Assembly (NCBI GenBank): GCA_021735655.1 | Contig: JAIPGM010000007.1 | Span: 1 to 64,000, forward strand | Length of the DNA stretch: 64,000 nt | Source of the DNA: Candidatus Omnitrophota bacterium | GTDB taxonomy: Bacteria; Omnitrophota; Gorgyraeia; Duberdicusellales; 4484-171 | Direction: 5' to 3' | Part shown: piece after piece, positions 62,516 to 64,000 of the stretch | Layout: each line of letters begins with the position of its first letter | How positions within the stretch are numbered: position 1 is the first letter of the stretch | Notes under the pieces: generated by a model | The model's database searches: none | Told to the model about the DNA's origin: nothing | What the model saw: only the letters and a program-made list of their open reading frames with translations | Made by a program: the position numbers and the translations under genes

Positions 62516-63016
62516 CTACCTAATAGACTTTAATAAATCTTGAAGCAAGCCCCTATGATTTTTCTCTTCACTGATAATTCTATCTAATTCTTTTTTAACT
62601 TTCTCAGCAGAAACTGAATTTTTGCAAAATTCATAGAAGGCAACTGTCTTACTCTCAATGACAACAGCTAACTCTATTGCTTTTTTGGTATCAGTAATAA
62701 TCTTTTCTAGTTCTTCTTGTCTTTTAAGACCCTGGAAAATTCCAAAATCAATACTGCTTAATAAATCATTATCTTCGGAAATATCTTCGCCGTTCTTTCT
62801 TACTTCGCTTAGAAGATATTCAAAAATTCTCAAGTGTCGAACTTCCTCAGAAACTAAAAGCTCCAAGGTACTTTTAACCTGCAGCTCAACTACTTTGGCA
62901 GCTAATCTTTTATAAAAATCCACGCCATCTTTCTCAATTTTTTCAGCTATTCGATAAGCTTCAAATTCTGTAAAATCGGTAATTACCAGTTTATCATTTT
63001 TTTCTTCTATTTTCAT
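62516..63016 (-). CDS. ferritin-like/rubrerythrin-like diiron protein (paralog 3)
   Basis: 166 aa: FEAYRIAEKIEKDGVDFYKRLA, SEEVRHLRIF (ExxH), AIELAVVIESKTVAFY, SEEKNHRGLL (ExxH). The RBS is GGAGGG. Confidence 0.55.
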   Translation of the reverse strand: MKIEEKNDKLVITDFTEFEAYRIAEKIEKDGVDFYKRLAAKVVELQVKSTLELLVSEEVRHLRIFEYLLSEVRKNGEDISEDNDLLSSIDFGIFQGLKRQEELEKIITDTKKAIELAVVIESKTVAFYEFCKNSVSAEKVKKELDRIISEEKNHRGLLQDLLKSIR

Positions 63017-63135
63017 AACCAGCCCTCCATTTGATCAATTATTCTAGCTATTATAAAATCATTATCAGTAAACCCCACGGAAACTAACAACTCTAAAAAA
63101 GGAAAAGGGCTTTCCTGAAATACCACCTTTCGCAT
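63013..63135 (-). CDS. possible 40-aa micro-ORF (MRKVVFQESPFPFLELLVSVGFTDNDFIIARIIDQMEGWL); not in ORF track
   Basis: The RBS GAAGGAG lies 7 nt upstream of the ATG at 63135. Its TGA stop overlaps the ATG of the downstream ferritin-like gene (ATGA). Support is weak: coupling and RBS only. Confidence 0.25.
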   Translation of the reverse strand: MRKVVFQESPFPFLELLVSVGFTDNDFIIARIIDQMEGWL

Positions 63136-63154
63136 AGCAATGCTCCTTCAGAAA

Positions 63155-63289
63155 TTAAAGATTCCAACTTCCTTTTTCTTTAGTCGTCATCGTCTTATTA
63201 CAACATTTTATCTTTTTGGTTGATTTTTTACCCTTGCCACAAATAACACAAAGGTAAGCTTTTTTTTTATTAGTCTTTCTTTTCGCCAT
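63155..63289 (-). CDS. 44-aa Lys/Cys-rich zinc-ribbon-like micro-protein (MAKRKTNKKKAYLCVICGKGKKSTKKIKCCNKTMTTKEKGSWNL); not in ORF track
   Basis: Its ATG overlaps the stop of the upstream CxxCP membrane protein (TAATG). The RBS AGGAGA lies 5 nt upstream. CxxC plus CC could form a 4-Cys metal site. Confidence 0.4.
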   Translation of the reverse strand: MAKRKTNKKKAYLCVICGKGKKSTKKIKCCNKTMTTKEKGSWNL

Positions 63290-63729
63290 TATTTTCTCCT
63301 ATTCAATAATCTAATTTTCGTCTGTAATGTCCCCATCGGACAAACCGCACACCAAGTGCGAGCCTGAAAAGGAATCCCGATGAAAATTGCAATCAAGGTA
63401 GTTACTAGGCACATTCTTACAAAAACAAAACCTAGCGAATAAACATTTCTCTCGACCACAAAAAGTTGACTAGCAAAAAAAATCATAAAGATCGCAAATA
63501 CCCCCCAACGAAACTTCTGGCTAGCAAAAATTCTTGGAAGCTGAGCTTTACGACTAACTCTGCTTAAAGCCAAATCCAAAAATGCTCCCCGCGGGCAAAG
63601 ATGTGAGCACCAAAACCTCCCCTTAAAATAGGATAAACTTAAAAGAAAAATCATCATCAATAACACCAAGTAGCCTAAAAGAGGAAAAAATAACCCACCG
63701 ACGATGATTAAAGGTAAAAACCAAACCAT
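63289..63729 (-). CDS. membrane protein with two CxxCP motifs (NapH/polyferredoxin-like Fe-S-binding family)
   Basis: It has four TM helices, with FWCSHLCPRGAF and TWCAVCPMGTLQ on loops. The track ORF begins at a TTG at 63762 that would overlap the upstream gene. The ATG at about 63729 (IMVWF) is more plausible. Confidence 0.5.
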   Translation of the reverse strand: MVWFLPLIIVGGLFFPLLGYLVLLMMIFLLSLSYFKGRFWCSHLCPRGAFLDLALSRVSRKAQLPRIFASQKFRWGVFAIFMIFFASQLFVVERNVYSLGFVFVRMCLVTTLIAIFIGIPFQARTWCAVCPMGTLQTKIRLLNRRK

Positions 63730-63746
63730 TATCAACTGACTAAGTT

Positions 63747-64000
63747 TTACTTTTTTTCCCAAAACTCTTCAGCCTCCTCTTCCATTTTTTCTAGCCGATC
63801 ATAATAATCAGGAAATTCATTAAGATGGGCCAAGGCAATTTTTCCGGTAGTTAAGGGATCATCGTTGCTAACATTGGTCTTTGAGTCTACCAAACCATGC
63901 TCTAACTCTACATCCATACCTGTCCTAAACTGATCAAGATCAAATTTATCCCATTTAATTCCTAATTGCTTGCCGATAGCTTTTGCTTCATCTGAGGTAA
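63747..64000 (-). CDS. partial CDS (C-terminal 84 aa; N-terminus beyond window end), hypothetical
   Basis: An open frame runs from the window edge to TAA at 63749..63747. It translates as ...KAIGKQLGIKWDKFDLDQFRTGMDVELEHGLVDSKTNVSNDDPLTTGKIALAHLNEFPDYYDRLEKMEEEAEEFWEKK. The family is not recognised. Confidence 0.4.
   Translation of the reverse strand, partial: TSDEAKAIGKQLGIKWDKFDLDQFRTGMDVELEHGLVDSKTNVSNDDPLTTGKIALAHLNEFPDYYDRLEKMEEEAEEFWEKK

Overview
This window is a 64 kb, low-GC (roughly mid-30s % by eye) stretch of bacterial chromosome. It is extremely gene-dense, and every gene I can support lies on the minus strand (about 75 CDSs plus one tRNA). I found no CRISPR array, transposase, integrase or rRNA. 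LptD (OstA family) and SecG are present, together with rubredoxin, a flavodiiron protein, glutaredoxin and a TrxB-like reductase, which points to a diderm anaerobe or microaerophile; I cannot assign a taxon from sequence alone.

Content from high to low coordinate (the direction of transcription):
- 63.8-54.3 kb: a redox and metal-stress island. It holds a CxxCP membrane protein, two small ORFs that are translationally coupled to their neighbours, three ferritin/rubrerythrin-like paralogs, a YHS-domain permease, an exported protein, transaldolase, ArsC, rubredoxin, a flavodiiron protein, glutaredoxin, TrxB and a PNPOx-like protein.
- 54.3-21.6 kb: housekeeping genes. These are rplU-obg-proB-proA-nadD-pgm-plsC-rpsA-tyrS, two tandem GalT-like paralogs, gap-pgk-tpi-secG, a TPR protein, polA-glgA-coaE-rho-rpmE-prfA-prmC-murA, trpGDCFBA (no trpE), an M16 peptidase, rsfS, a 23-aa lysine-rich micro-ORF, ribE and tRNA-Pro(CGG).
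- 21.5-0.1 kb: an accessory glycan locus. It starts with a ROK kinase and LptD. It then encodes UDP-GlcA, UDP-Xyl, UDP-HexNAcA, aminosugar, GDP-Fuc and GDP-L-Gal precursor enzymes. These are followed by a PAPS-synthesis block (sat, cysC, cysQ, plus a DUF2061-fused degenerate APS-kinase paralog), a Trp-repeat hypothetical, a carbamoyltransferase/SxtJ-like/SxtK-like triad, a B12-radical SAM enzyme, a MarR-family EPS-associated regulator and a GDP-mannose 3,5-epimerase.

The most striking feature is a duplicated promoter-operator module (identical GTTGACATATATAGG -35 region, N16 spacing, TATAAT, then the palindrome GTTCA-N5-TGAAC). One copy sits in front of the MarR-EPS regulator and the other in front of the carbamoyltransferase triad, and together they define a small putative regulon. 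Other notable items are a GalT-like tandem pair in which one copy has lost the nucleophilic histidine, a membrane-anchored APS-kinase-like protein with degenerate catalytic motifs, and several well-supported micro-ORFs that fall below the ORF-track threshold.

All calls rest on motifs and family knowledge read from the translations. I ran no database searches.
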